A stretch of DNA of 64,000 nt from Azolla caroliniana (Eukaryota; Plantae; Polypodiophyta), in contig JBHGNT010000013.1 of assembly GCA_043228905.1 (NCBI GenBank), positions 12,896,001 to 12,960,000 of the forward strand. Direction: 5' to 3'. Of the stretch, positions 36,425 to 50,523 are shown in pieces; the stretch's first letter is position 1, and every line of letters begins with the position of its first letter. A program made the translations under genes and the position numbers. The notes beneath the pieces are model-generated. The model made no database searches. It saw nothing but the letters and a program-made list of their open reading frames with translations, and was not told the origin of the DNA.

Positions 36425-37117
36425 TGTTGGGAGATAGGTCCCTCCGGATGGGAAGGGAGAAGAACAGTGCCGATGAACAAACTCGGCCGAGGCCGATAGG
36501 CTCGACCCGGTGAGAACCGGATGAGGAGTACCCGGCTACGGAGGACCGGATGGTGCAGACCTGGTGAGAACCGGATGAGGAGTACTCGGCTACGAAGAGC
36601 CGGATGGTGAAGACCCGGTGAGGAGTGCTCTCCGGATGAAGAGAAATATTCGTAAATATGTCTCTGAGAGTCCATCGTGGCTATATTTGTAAATAGCCGA
36701 AAAGTCATATTAGTATAAATATGACTTAGGGCAAACCTTTTTGAGAGTTGTTGTCATTCTTGTTGGTGCAAGGAGAGAGAGAGCGCGTAATTGTGTATAG
36801 AGAGAGAGAGAGAGAAAGAGGTCGTTGCCTCTGTTGTAACCGCCGCCTGTGGCGAGGATCGTGAGCACGAGGTCGTTGCCTCCATGAACTCACTGTTGTA
36901 CATTCTAACATAGTGATAGTTTGCAGCCTGTGGGCTGCCGTGGTTTTTTCCCTTAGTTTGGGTTTTCCACGTAAACATCCTACGTACTCGTCTCTTCTTC
37001 GTGTCGTTCAGTATTTCCCGTTTTCTGTGTATGATTCTAAGCTCGGTTGTGGACGAGCGTTGCGTATAGGGAGCGTGCAGTTCCGTCAAGTGGTATCAGA
37101 GCAAAACGACACAAAAA

Positions 37118-40100
37118 ATGGACAAATCGTTTGGCGGCATGTTCAAGCTCACCGGCTCCAACTATTTAGTGTGGAAGTCAAAGATGAGGAACATGCTCGT
37201 GGTTAAAGATCTTTGGTTACCGGTTCAGTTCGGGGACAAGAGACCGGACAAGATCGACACTACAATATGGGAGGTGATGCACATGAAGACAACGGCGTAC
37301 ATACGGTGCTTCATCGACATGAGCCTATACAACAACTTCAATGAAGAGAGCAAGGCTCATGAGATCTGGGAGAGGATGGGCATTATGTTTCAAAACAAAA
37401 ATGTTGTTAATCAGGTTTCGGTATTCCGGAAGCTAGTAAGACTCTGGTACCAAGATGGCTCCAACATGGCGGAGCACATGAATGCCTTCCAGGGGCTGAT
37501 CCACCAGGCAACTTCATTGTAAGTACCTCTCGCCGATGAGGTACTAGCGCTACTCCTGCTCGGTTCCCTCCCGGATAGCTGGGAGACGTTGGTTGTCACT
37601 TTGGGCAACGCCGGGCCGGAAGGAAAACGGTTATCCCTAGCAAGAGTAAAGTTGAGCTTGCTAGATGAGGAGGCACGTCGGAAAGATAAAGATATGAGCT
37701 CCGACTCCAAAGCGCTCCTTACCGAATCGGAACGCGGAAGACATAGAAACCGTAGTGCCCAGAACCGGGACAAGTCGGGGACACGGTCAAAGTCAAGGGG
37801 AAGGCCTACTTGCTTCTATTGTGGCAAGTCGGGACACTTCCAAAAGAACTGTCGGCATTTCCGAAAAGACAAGGAAACCGACAGTACCGATTCGAAGCGG
37901 ACCCCGGACCGGAACGGTAAAGACCGGAGGGGGCCGGACCGGAAGGGAACAACGACAATCGCGGCAAGTGAAGAAGAGTTGATGCTCATCACCGAGGAGA
38001 GTGAGATAAACATTGCCGGTGACGAGATGACCTGGGTGGTAGACTCCGAAGCGTCGTTCCACCTTACCCCGGACCGGAAATGCTTCTCATTCTACACAGC
38101 CGGTGATCACGGCTATGTCCGGATGGGGAATGAAGGTACATGCCGAATTGTCGGCATAGGAGACGTGTGGCTGACAACACCAACCGGATGCAAGTTGCTG
38201 CTGAAGGATGTCCGACACGTTCCGGAGGTTCGTTTGAACCTGATATTAGCCGGTCGGCTAGATGATGAAGGCTACACGGGTAGCATCCGGAACGGTGTCA
38301 TGAAGTTCAGCAAAGGGAGCCTGATTGTGGCTCGGGCCCGGAAGGTCAACACACTGTACCTGATGAATGCCCGGTTATGTCCGGAAGAAGTGAACGTGGC
38401 ATCCGATACTGCTAGTGAGTTGTGGCACAAGAGGCTGTGTCATATGAGCGAGAAGGGGATGAAGAGGCTTGCAAACGACAACCTCATTCCAATGAAGAAC
38501 GTGCACTTGGAGAAGTGCACTGATTGTCTGGCCGGTAAGCAAAACCGAACCTCCTTCCGACCAAGGCCACCGATGAGACGTAATGCATCACTGGAGATGG
38601 TGCATACGGATGTGTGTCAAGTAGACACGAAGTCACATGCCGGAGCGCAGTACTTCGTGACATTCATAGATGACCACAGCCGGAAGCTGTGGGCCACACC
38701 GTTGAAGACGAAGGATCAGGTGCTATCCGTCTTCAAAGAGCTCCATGCAAGAGTGGAAAGAGAAACCGGCCGGAAGCTGAAGGCGGTTTGAGCAGATAAC
38801 GGAGGAGAATACCGGGGGCAGTTCGAGGAGTACTGCCGCTCGAAGGGAATCCGGCTCGAATTTACCGTGCCGAAGACGCCGGAACTAAACGGGCTGGCCG
38901 AGAGGATGAACCGGACCATAATGGAGAGGGTCTAGAGTATGCTGGCGCATGCAAAATTACCCAAGAAGTTTTGGGCTGAGGCACGGTCGACGGCGACATA
39001 TGTGATAAACAGATCACCCTTAGTACCCTTGGACGGAGACACGCCACAGAGAGTCTCGACCGGTAAGGAAGTGTCCTACCGGCATCTGAAGGTATTCGGG
39101 TGTCTCGTGTACGTGCATGTAGCTAAGGACCAGAGAGGAAAGCTAGATCCAAAGACCCGGCCATGCATATTCCTCGGTTACGGTGACGATGAGTTCGGCT
39201 ACCGAGTGTGGGACCTGGTCGACAAGAAGGTATTCCGGAGTTGAGATATTATCTTCATGGAGGACAAGACGCTCGCCGACTGGGAGTCGGAGAAGAAGAT
39301 GATGAACTCCGAGTCGACCGGTAAGGATCGACTCCACAATGAACAAACCCAACCGATAAGAGACTGGTTAGCACTCGAGGAGCCAGCCGGTTACGGTCAG
39401 GATATCGAACCGGTAGAAGAAGAAGTAGAGGAAGCTGAAACCGGAACCGGCCAAGACCCCGAATCAGATTCGGATGAAGAGAAAATAGAGGAGCCGGTTA
39501 CCGAAGCCTAGAGACGGAGATATCCTCTAAGAGAGAGAAGGGCCCCCCGGAGATTTCCGGATGCAGAACATGTGCTGCTAACCAATGAGGGGGAGCCAGA
39601 AAGCTTCGAAGAAGCGAAGGATGACACCCACAGCCGCAAATGGTTAAGTGCCATGCAGGATGAGATGGATTCCCTGCATGAGAACCATACGTACGAATTG
39701 GTGGAGTTGCCTAAAGGAAAGCGGGCACTCCGAAACAAGTGGGTGTATAAGTTGAAACCGGGAGATGCCGGCAACCCCCCGAGATACAAAGCCAGGATCG
39801 TGGTGAAGGGGTTTCAGCAGAAGAAGGGCGTGGACTTCGACGAGATATTTGCCCCGGTAGTAAAGATGACCTCCATCCGGATGGTGCTAAGTATAGCGGC
39901 AAGCATGGACCTCGAGGTAGAGAAGCTAGACGTGAAGACGACATTCCTTCACGGTGACCTCGAAGAGGAGATCTACATGCAGCAACCGGAAGGATTCATG
40001 GAGAAAGGGAAGGAGCACTTGGTTTGCCGGTTGAGGAAGAGCCTGTACAGACTGAAGCAGGCTCCCCGACAATGGTACCGAAAGTTTGACTCCTTCATGA

Positions 40101-41165
40101 CCGATCAAGGGTACCACAAGACGCAAGTCGATCATTGCGTGTTTGTGAAGAAGTTCGAAGGAGGCGACTTCCTGATACTCCTTCTGTACATGGACGACAT
40201 GTTGATCGTCGGACGGGACCAAGTCAAAATACGGATGCTGAAGAAGGCCCTCAACCGGACCTTCTCAACGAAAGACTTGGGTCCGGTAAGACAGATGTTG
40301 GGGATGCATATTATCCGGAACCGGTCAGCGAAGCAATTATGGCTGTCACAAGAGAAGTATGTGACAAAGGTGCTTCACCAGTTCAACATGTCAGATGCGA
40401 AACCGGTCGGATCGACACTTCCGGCAAAACTGCAGGTTATCCGGTAAGCAAAGCCCGAAGACGAAAGCAGAGAAGGCGGATATGATGAAGATTCCATATG
40501 CTTCTGCCGTCGGGAGCTTAATGTACGCAATGGTTTGTACCCGACCGAATATAGGATACGCAGTCGGAGTGGTGAGCCGGTTTATGAGCAATCCCGGCAA
40601 GGAGCACTGGAACGCGGTCAAATGGATACTCCGGTATTTGAAGGGCACTTCAAATATGTGTCTCCAATTCGGCTCCGGAAAACCTCAACTTGACGGTTTC
40701 ACCGATTCGGACATGTTGGCTGATGTGGAGACCAGCCGGTCTACATCCGGGTATGTAATGACATATGCAGGGGGAGCTGTTTCGTGGCAGTTGAGGCTGC
40801 AGAAGATGGTTGCATTGTCAACCACAGAGGCGGAGTACATGGCGGCTGTGGAAGCCGGCAAGGAAATATTATGGATGAAGGACTTCATTGGAGAGCTCGG
40901 TATCCGGAAAGATGAATACCGACTCTATTGCGACAGTCAAAGTGCCATCCATCTTACTAAGAATGCGGCCTACCATTCCCAGGAGAAGCATATCCAGCGA
41001 AGGTATCACTCGATCCGGGAAAGAGTAGATGACCAAGAGTTCGCGCTGATGAAGATCCACACAGCCGAGAACGGGTCAGATATGCTGACCAAAGTGCTGA
41101 TACCCGACAAGCTGGATGCATGTCGGAAGAGAATCGGACTGGTAAGACACCCCATGTCGGAGTGA
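37118..41165 (+). pseudogene. pol: Copia B gag-pol polyprotein with several stops and a frameshift
   Basis: CFYCGKSGHFQKNC, WVVDSEASFH, HTDVC, KARIVVKGF, LYMDDML, TEAEY, SDMLTK. Confidence 0.93.
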
Positions 41166-41225
41166 AGGGGAAGTTTGTTGGGAGACAGGTTCCTCCGGAT
41201 GGGAAGGGAGAAGAACAGTGCCGAA

Positions 41226-41603
41226 ACCGGATGAGGAGTACCCGGCTACGGAGAGCCGGATGGTACAGACCCGGTGAGAACCGGATGAGGAGTACCCGGC
41301 TACGGAGAGCCGGATGGTACAGACCCGATGCGAACCGGATGAGGAGTACCCGGCTACGGAGAGCTGGATGGTGCAGACCCGGTGAGAACCGGATGAGGAG
41401 TACCCGCCTACGGAGAGCCGGATGGTACAGACCCGGTGAGAACCGGATGAGGAGTACCCGGCTACGAAGAGCCGGATGGTGCAGACCCGGTGAGAACCGG
41501 ATGAGGAGTCCCCGGCTACGGAGGACTGGATGGTGCAGACCCGGTGAGAACCGGATGAGGAGTACCCGGCTACGGAGAGCTGGATGGTGAAGACCTGGTG
41601 AGG
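41226..41603. repeat. 54-bp minisatellite, 7 copies, in the copia B 3' LTR
   Basis: Unit ACCGGATGAGGAGTACCCGGCTACGGAGAGCCGGATGGTRCAGACCCGGTGAGA; only 2 copies in the 5' LTR and in the solo LTR. Confidence 0.95.
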
Positions 41604-42572
41604 AGTGCTCTCCGGATGAAGAGACATTCGTAAATATGTCTCTGAGAGTCCATCGTGGCTATATTTGTAAATAGCCGAAAAGTCATATTAGTATAAATAT
41701 GACTTAGGGCAAACCTTTTTGAGAGTTGTTGTCATTCTTGTTGGTGCAAGGAGAGAGAGAGCGCGTAATTGTGTATAGAGAGAGAGAGAGAGAGAGAAAG
41801 AGGTTGTTGCCTCTATTGTAACCGCCGCCTGTGGCGAGGATCGTGAGCACGAGGTCGTTGCCTCCGTGAACTCACTGTTGTACATTCTAACATAGTGATA
41901 GTTTGCAGCCTGTGGGCTGCCGTGGTTTTTTCCCTTAGTTTGGGTTTTCCACGTAAACATCCTGCGTACTCGTCTCTTCTTCGTGTCGTTCAGTATTTCC
42001 CGTTTTCTGTGTATGATTCTAAGCTCGGTTGTGGCCGAGCATTGCGTATAGGGAGCGTGCAGTTCCGTCACAAACGGGGCGGCTTCAATGGCTATCGGGG
42101 TAAGCCACGGCAATATAGGGATCATCGGCGTCACGACGAAAGCTCGGGGGATGAGCGGCACCAGGAACAACGACGGGACCAACAGCAGCCACCGCGTACA
42201 TTCCGACAAACGAGGCCGGACCGCGAAGAGCAAGTAGCACCCGGAGAGCGGCACACACCACCTGGAGCCAAGAAGGGAGAATCAAGCATCCATTGTTTTA
42301 TTTGTCAGCAACCCGGACATTATGCCACGCAATGCCCAACACGCAAGGGAAAGGGACCCGTTGTCAATATGATTACGGCGGAGATGCAACAAGTCACGAC
42401 ACGCCAGCAAACAAAAACAGTGGATTGGGTTGCGCAAGATGAGGTACGCCGACAAGCCCAAGCGTGGGTGGAAAAAACAAACGCGACCAATACGGAACGT
42501 ATGCGGCCGGAGTCCGCGAACACAATGGAGTGAATAGAGAACGAAAGACCGGGTTCAGACCCCATTTGGCAG

Positions 42573-44635
42573 GTGTTAGCAGGCTGTGAAATAACGTTAA
42601 CCATGGAAAAACTGCTACAGCTAGTTCCACGTTTCCGCCAGACCATGGAAGCACAGGTGGCAAGCATACCCGGGGCGAGTGTCGCCACAAATCTAACAAA
42701 CGTCAGTGATGGACCACCGGTGGTGGATCAACACAACCCGGCTATTACAGCAATATTGCACGGACAGGAAGTTCCTGGATGCGTAATCGACGGCGACTCA
42801 GGCGTCAATGTAATTAGTGCGAAAACTTGCGAGCAGATAGGCATTTCCGAATGGGAGGCGTGTCCATTCTGGCTCCGCATGGCAGATACCCGCTCATTGC
42901 AACCGTTGGGGTTAATTCACAAAATAGGCATCATCGTGGGCAGACACCGCTTCGACATCTCGGCGGTCGTCCTCGCTTTGGACGCCCCAGGAGCGTACCC
43001 AGTGCTTCTAAAGAGACCATGGCTTCGAACAACAAATATCAAGCAGAGCTGGCAACACGAGTGTATTAGTTTCCGGCATGGACGCACCAAGGTTCGCATA
43101 CCTACGGAAGGTAGCACACCACAACCTAAGGGTATAACACCGTTATACGCAGAGGACATAAATATGTTGGCTGGGGTGGAGGAGGCAGAATTGGAGGCGT
43201 ACCTCGACGAACACCCTCGGATTATTCTGTTGTTCGAAATAGATGTCATAGCAACCGAGGCAGAATATGCCACGGCCACTGTTCCCCACGACGAGCCTTA
43301 CGAACCAAACCCAGCATCCATATTGGAACTGAACAGAGCACAGGCAGTATTCGAAAGGGAAATGGAGATTTCACGATGAGTCACTGCTTCCGCTCTCGAA
43401 GAAGTAAATGTGGGTACGGAATCGAAGCCCCGGTTCCTCTCCATCGCAAAGGAATTAAGGCCGGACCAGAGAATCACGATGATCGCACTACTCACGGAAT
43501 ATAAAGATGTGTTCGCTTGGGCTCACGAGGACATGAAGGGGTTAGATCCCAAGTTCTATCAACATAAGATCAATTTAGCAACTGACGTGAAACCCGTCCA
43601 GCAGCATCGCTACCGCATGAACCCCAATTACGCAACCCGCGTGAAAGAAGAAATTGACAAGCTCCTGAAGGCGGGGTTCATATGACCAGTTAAACAAGCG
43701 ACATGGCTAAGCCCGATAGTGGTCATCCCAAAGAAAAACGGCAAAATACGGGTATGCGTAGATTACCGAAAATTAAACGTCGTAACCATTACGAACGCAT
43801 TTCCCTTACCCTTCACCGATAGCGTGTTGGACGTCGTCGCAGGCCATGAGATGTACAGTTTCTTAGATGGCTTCACTGGCTATAACCAGGTACGCATGCA
43901 CCCCGAGGACCAAGAGAAGACGGCGTTTGTCATGGACTGGGGAGTGTATGTGGTAGTCGTCATGATGTTCGGGCTAAAGACAACGCCGGCAACATTTCAA
44001 CGAACGATTACGGATATCTTTGGGGAATACATTCCGGTGTTCATGCAAGTTTTTCTAAACGACTTTGCGGTATATGGGGAAACAATAGACCATTTTACAC
44101 ACTTACGACTGTGCCTGGAACGTTGCCGCACCGCATGCTTAAGCCTAAATCCCGCGAAATGTGCCTTCGGCCTGACCAACGGGACTCTCCTAGGCCACAT
44201 AGTCAGCAAAGAGGGAATAGCGGTCGACCCAAACAAGATCTCCGCGATTACGCAAGCCAAAACTCCGACAAACGCCAAATCGCTAGCCGGTTTTTAGGAT
44301 AAATACGGTGGCATAGTCGGATGATACGATATTTGGCGGACTTCGCCACGCCGCTACACGTTGTCGTACATTGGACTCCTTTCCAATGGACTGCAATGGA
44401 GGATAAGGCCTATGAGGCACTTAAGATAATGCTCACAGAGGCTCCCATCGTACAACCACCAGTTTGGGCGAAGCCATTGCACGTGTTCGTCGATGCCTCG
44501 GACATAGCAATAGGAAGCACACTAATGCAGCTCACCGAACCAAACTGGTACAGGCCAGTATACTACGCGAGTCGTAAATTGTCAGCAATAGAGCGTAACT
44601 TTTCCACAACAGAGCGGGAGGCGCTAGGGATGATA
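42573..44635 (+). pseudogene. pol: Athila/Tat-like protease-RT-RNase H
   Basis: RVCVDYRKLN, MFGLK, FLNDF, YYASRKL...TTEREAL. Confidence 0.88.
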
Positions 44636-46115
44636 CTCGCCCTTGACGCCCTAGGGGCGTATGCGATGCTGTTGGCTTTATTCTGCGAAAATCAAGCAGA
44701 GCTAGCAACACAAGTGTATCAGCTTTCGATGCGGACGCACCAAGGTCCACGTACCGAAAGAGGAAATGGCGACACAACCCAAGGGCATAACACCATTGTA
44801 CATAGAGGATATAAATATGTTGGCTAGGGTGGATGATACCGAATTAGAGGTAAACCTAGACGAGCACCCTCGGATTATTCCGTTGTCCGAAATCGACGTT
44901 ATCGAAACCATGACGGAATATGCCATGCCCCCTACACTCCACGACGAGGCCTACGACCCAAACCCGGAGTCAATATTAGGACTAAGCAGAGCACGGGCAG
45001 CGTTCGAGAGGTAAATGGAAATTTCACGACGAGTCACCGCCTCCACCTTGGAAGAAGTAAACATGGGTACGGCGTCAGAACCCCATTTCCTTTCCATTGC
45101 AAAAGAATTAATGCTGGATCAGAGAGACGCGATGATGGCACTACTCAGGAAGTATAAAGATGTGTTCGATTGGGCCCACAAGGACATGAAGGGGTTAGAT
45201 CCGAAGTTCTATCAACATAAGATCAATTTAGCAACCGACGCGAAACCGGTCCACCAACGTCGATACCGCATGAACCCAAACTACGCAGCCCGCATAAAAG
45301 AAGAAATTGACAAACTCCTCAAGGCTGGATTCATACGACCAATTAAACAAGCCACATGGTTAAGCCCGACAGTAGTCGTACCAAAGAAAAATGGGAAAAT
45401 ACGGGTATGCGTGGACTACCAGAAATTAAACGCCGTAACCATTACGGACGCATTCCCTTTAGTTTTCACCGATAGCGTACTGGACACCGTCGCGGGGCAT
45501 GACATGTACAGTTTTTTAGATGGCTTCAGTGGGTACACCCAAGTACGCATGCACCCCGACGACCAAGAGAAGACGGCGTTTGTCACAGACTAGGGAGTCT
45601 ATGTTGTAGTCGTCATGATGTTCGGGCTAAAGACGGTGCCGGCAACATTTCAACAGACACTCACAGAGAATTTTGGGGAATATATTCCAGCCTTCGTGCA
45701 AGTTTTTTTAGACAATTTTGCGGTATATGGGACAACAACCGACCATTTTACGCATCTGCTTGCCGAACCGCACGCTTAAGCCTGAATCCCGCCAAATGTG
45801 CCTTCGGTGTTACCAACGGGGCTCTCCTTGGCCATATAATCAGCAAGGAAGGGATAACGGTCACTCCAAATAAAATCTCCGCGATTACTCACGTGAAAAG
45901 GCCGACAAACGCGAAATCACTCAACCGGTTTTTAGGACAAATACGATGGTACAATCGGATGATACGCTATTTGGCAGACTTCGCCACGCCCTTACATGCC
46001 ACCATTCATTGGACTCCATTCCAATGGACAGCTACGGAAGAGAAAGCATATGATGCGCTAAAGGTAATGCTAACAAAGGCACACGTCATACAACCACCAA
46101 TTTGGGCGAAGCACT
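44636..46115 (+). pseudogene. pol: Second diverged copy of the post-protease, RT and connection region
   Basis: Collinear with about 42972-44475 (KGLDPKFYQHKINLATD, RVCVDY). Confidence 0.85.
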
Positions 46116-46470
46116 AAAATATGTCACTATGATAGAGAGCAAAATAGGACAACTTGGCTGAGTGGTTAACACGTTTGACTTGGCCATTGGGAAGATATTC
46201 CTCGTAAGGAATAGTTTTGGGAATTAGTGTAGTAGGCTCATTTATGAGCGGTAAAGTACTGTCAGTATTTGTGTCAGCCCGATTGTCAGGGCTTGTATAA
46301 AAGGTGATCACTGAGCACGGTGTATGTACAGATTCAGTATTATTTTGAATTGAGTTATTGTGTGTTCTCTCACTTTGTCACTCCCGCATATTGTGTATAT
46401 TCAAGCTCTCCATTAAACCTGCGTATTTTCTGTGTTCAGTTTTCTATTGCTTCCGCACGCTATTCTTTTC

Positions 46471-47620
46471 AGGAAACAAGGTTACAAAGAGTAGGCTAAG
46501 GGCTAAAGATTGATGTTGAAGCAAATGAGTTGTGATGAATGAATAGACACCTATTTATAGGTCCTTATGGAATGTTCTAGAATGTTCTAAAATATTCTAG
46601 ATATTTATGATATTTAATATAATCATGGAATATCCTAGAATGTTCTAGAATATTCTAGAATACTCTATATATCTTGAAATAACTAATAATATATTTATTA
46701 TAAATAGATATCATATATGTTATGATAATGGTTAAAGGTCTAACATATAAACCAAGACGTCTTGGGATTGAATCCTTGTAAGGCCAAAATGTATGTCTTC
46801 ATGACATTATCCTCCCTTTTCGACAACGAGTTCCACTAGTCGGAAGACAAGATTTAGGACTTTGCTTATGGGGATATTTGTTGTGAAACACAACAACCAT
46901 TTTGGAAGCATTAGCAAGATTCTCGAAAGGTTCCCATGTTCGATCATTAGGTGTATAACCTAACTAGTCAACCAAATAATATAGTTTGTTGCGAACGATC
47001 TTGGAATTGAGAATGGCAGCAACTTCATCTTCGAAGCCATTTGAAACTTCGGTTGGAGGTGGGGGAGATGTAAGACGACCTGGAATAGAGTTGGTTCTGT
47101 AGGGCTCCAAAAGTGAAACATGGAAGACCGAGTGAAGATGCATATGAGGGGCGAGATCAAGGCAAAATGCCACATCAGTAATCTTACCAGATATCACATA
47201 TAGGCCAAAACGTTGATAATCCAATTTGCAGCAAGGTCGGGTTGTTTTAATGTGCCCTTGAAAAACCCATACTCGATCTCCCACTGTCGATGAATCACGT
47301 CGATGACAGTCGGCAACCTTCTTTTGAGTGTTTTAAGCATCACATAAATGGTGCAAAAGGATATCTTGAACTTCTTGGAGTCACCTGAGCTGATCTTCAA
47401 CAATCGGGTTCGTCGAGATTCAGGATGTTCAAGGATAGTCGAACGAGGATGGTACCCAATGTTTGCAAAAAATGGGGAATATTGCTCGGGGACCAAACAA
47501 GGAAAAACAGCTACTTTATCTCGGCGTTCATATATGGAACTTCGACCAGGAGAGGCCACATGAAAGTTAGAAGAAAATCCTCTTTGGTCTTGACCGTCTA
47601 CGACTAATGGCATTTCATGT
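46471..47620 (-). mobile_element. Chromovirus (Tcn1-like) gypsy remnant: integrase end with chromodomain, PPT and partial LTR (46471-46806)
   Basis: HSVFHVSLLEPY; VAAILNSKIVRNKLYYLVD...RTWEP chromodomain; PPT AAAAGGGAGGATAA. Confidence 0.85.
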
Positions 47621-47707
47621 TATAGACACACCCGGGGATTCAATTCTTCTAGCCTACTCTTTGTAACCTTGTTTCCTCATAATATAATCTCATTTCCATT
47701 TCAACGC

Positions 47708-47710
<3 letters not shown>

Positions 47711-47774
<64 letters not shown>
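47711..47774. repeat. (CT)n microsatellite within an LTR fragment
   Basis: Direct observation. Confidence 0.95.
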
Positions 47775-47777
<3 letters not shown>

Positions 47778-48292
47778 CTCACGAGTCATGATAGTCCTCC
47801 AATTGTCGACATTAATTTCCGTTAAGAATAACTATTCCTTTATGCATTTTTGGTTTCCTTATTATCAAGCTTAGATAGATAACATTTCCAACATTTTAAT
47901 GTGGACAATACTAAAATCGATTCATAAAAACTAGAAACAATTTTCCCGACTACTTATGGTGGTGGACTCAAAATCAAATGTTTGCTTCTCGGAGCTTGGA
48001 ATCCTACATTTGTAGACTTTCTTTTAAAATCTTTGATGTTGTCATCGTTGATTTAAATCGACCCATTGTGTGGCAAACCAATACATATCACAATTTACAG
48101 AGGTGACATCTATCATGAATATTTGACCGCTTAAGCCAAATGTGTCAATATTAGCCCGACTCCATATTTTGAAAATTTTCTAATATAACCGAATATTTTT
48201 GCATTAACATAATGGAAACTAAGAAACTCATTAGACGGATTACACAAAATATTAATAGTTTTATTATCTCATGCTAGAAGCCAACCAAATAT

Positions 48293-48373
48293 CGCAAATT
48301 GGCCGAGTGGTTAAGGCGTTTGACTTGAAATCAAATGTGTTCGCCCTCGCAGGTTGGAATCCTATAGTCGTCG
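48293..48373 (+). pseudogene. tRNA-Ser: tRNA-Ser(TGA) copy, degenerate
   Basis: Mismatched acceptor stem and T loop. Confidence 0.75.
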
Positions 48374-48948
48374 AGATTCTTTTACTATGTTTTGGAAACT
48401 ATTTACAAACATTGAGCTTTTGTGCTTTAAACATTAAATATCCCAATAGTAATCAAATGTATGTGCACTAACATACTTGTGAACACTTAAATCGTATCGC
48501 TACCCAAAGAATAAAGACTCATTATTTTCCAATATCCTACCTTATTAGCATGCTTAGATAAAAAATATTTTCAACATTTAATTACAACCAATAGTAAAAT
48601 ATGTTATCGTAGATGGCTACATAGGATAATTAAGCCTAGTTGGTAAGTCGTTTGAGTAGATATGAAATGTGTTCCCCCTCGTAGGTTTGAGCTTGACATA
48701 AGCTAAAAAATCAATATCCCATCTTAGGAAGAAGTGGTCAACATATAGACTAAACTAAAAAAATTTTAACACATTTGTGAACATTGGCTTCCCTATCTAT
48801 CATTAAATCAGGCTTACCTAAAGAAATGTAATTGCAATAAGTTAGTAGTGACCACATAAAGAGTAGCATTACCTTAAGAATAACTACTCTTTCTGGCGTT
48901 TTTCTTTCGCGTATTATCAAGCATATATAGTACGTGCCAACAAAATAC

Positions 48949-49029
48949 GGTAATTTGGCCGATTGGTTAAGGCGTTTGACTTGAAAGCAAATGGGTTCGC
49001 CCTCGCAGGTTCGAATCCTGCAGTTGCCG
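48949..49029 (+). tRNA. tRNA-Ser: tRNA-Ser(TGA), near-intact
   Basis: Acceptor pairs with G:U, perfect T arm, one anticodon-stem mismatch. Confidence 0.65.
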
Positions 49030-49364
49030 ACATTCTTCCATTTAGGTGTTGAAACTATTCACTAACATTGCATTCTTCCGTTTAGGTGTTTGAAATTGTT
49101 CCCTAATATTGAGCTTCTACTCTTTAAACAGTAAATATCCCATTTTAGGAACAAGACTCACAGAGGAAACATGACTTTTAATGTCCCATGTGTTAATAGT
49201 AGCTTCCCCAGGGATTGGAGAAAGGGGCTAAATCGTATCGCTACCCAAAAAATAAAGACTTATCATTGTCATGTTTTCTGCTTTATTAGCATGCTTAGAA
49301 AGAAAATATTTGCAACATTTAATTCCAAATAATACTAAAATATGTAACTATCATAGCAAAAAAG

Positions 49365-49445
49365 GACAACTTGGCCGAGTGGTTAAGATGTTTGACTTGA
49401 AATCAAATGGGTTCGCCCTCGTAGGTTCGAATCCTGCAATTGTCG
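49365..49445 (+). tRNA. tRNA-Ser: tRNA-Ser(TGA), near-intact
   Basis: Cloverleaf with D-stem mismatches; downstream TTTT. Confidence 0.6.
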
Positions 49446-49787
49446 ACATTCTTTTCCAATAAGAATAACTACTCCTTCGTGTGTTTTTCGTTTGCTTATG
49501 ATCAAGCTTAGATAGATAATATCTCCAACATTTTAGTGTGCACAACACTCAAATCGATCCATGAAAACTAGAAACAATTTTCCCGACTACTTACGGTGGT
49601 TGATTCAAAATCAAATGTTTGCTTCTTGGAGCTTGGAATCCTACATTTCGAGACTTTCGCTACCCAAAATATAAAGACTTATATTAGACCTCTTTTCTGT
49701 TTTTTTAGCATGCTTAGATAGATAATATTTACAACATTTAATTATAACCAATACTAAAATATGTAACTATGACAATGACCAAAATAG

Positions 49788-49868
49788 GACAACTTGGCTG
49801 AGTGGTTAAGGTGTTTGACTAGAAATCCAATGGGTTCACCCTCATAGGTTCGAATCCTGCAATTGTCG
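49788..49868 (+). pseudogene. tRNA-Ser: tRNA-Ser(AGA) copy
   Basis: Several stem mismatches. Confidence 0.7.
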
Positions 49869-50523
49869 ACTTTGTTTTAGTTAGGTGTTGACTATTTTAA
49901 ATAACATCGATATTTTTTTATGTGAACCAATGCATCTTCCTTTTCACCCTTTCTTTTCCTTTTTATTTTGCATATGCAGAATTAATTGCATTTGTGTGCA
50001 CACACATTGCACATGCACATTTCTGACCCCCCCTTTCGCCGGTTTTTCCCACCCTCGAGCATGCCACATCACGACCCTCGAGCACGCCATAACTATTTAC
50101 TAACATTTAGCTTCTGTGCTTTAAACATTAAATATCCCAATAGTAATCAAATGTATATGCACTAACATACTTGTGAACACTTAAATCGTATCAGTACCCA
50201 AAGAATGAAGACTTATTATTTTCCTATTTTCTACCTTATTAGCATGCTTAGATAAAAAATATTTCCAACATTTAATTACAACCAATACTTAAATCTGTTA
50301 TCCTAAATAGCTAAAGGCGTTTGACTAGAAATGAAATGGGTTCCCCCTAGTAGGTTCGAGCTTGACATATGTTGAACAATAAATATCCCATATCAGGAAG
50401 AAGTGGTCAACATAGAGACTAAACTAAATTTGTTAAAGCACATTTGTGAATACTAGATTCGTAGGTTCTAAAGTTTATGTTTCGCTTATTATCAAGCATG
50501 AATACTAGACGCCAACTAAATAT

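Larger units (their letters stand above)
36425..42070 (+). mobile_element. Full-length Ty1/copia element B (5646 bp)
   Basis: LTRs 36425-37088 and 41176-42070; PBS TGGTATCAGAGC at 37091-37102; PPT; 5-bp TSD CAAAC. Confidence 0.95.
34753..46115 (+). mobile_element. Ty3/gypsy element (probably non-chromovirus, Athila/Tat-like), 3'-truncated, interrupted by copia B
   Basis: LTR 34753-35193 (TGTTG...CAACA); PBS TGGCATGCTTGGTG (probably decayed Arg type); gag with knuckles; protease VIDGDSGVNV; RT FLDGFTGYNQ; RH VDASDIAIG. Confidence 0.8.

Noticed and set aside
41076-41627. Repeat-protein ORFs on both strands
   Set aside because: By-product of the 54-bp (multiple of 3) LTR minisatellite.
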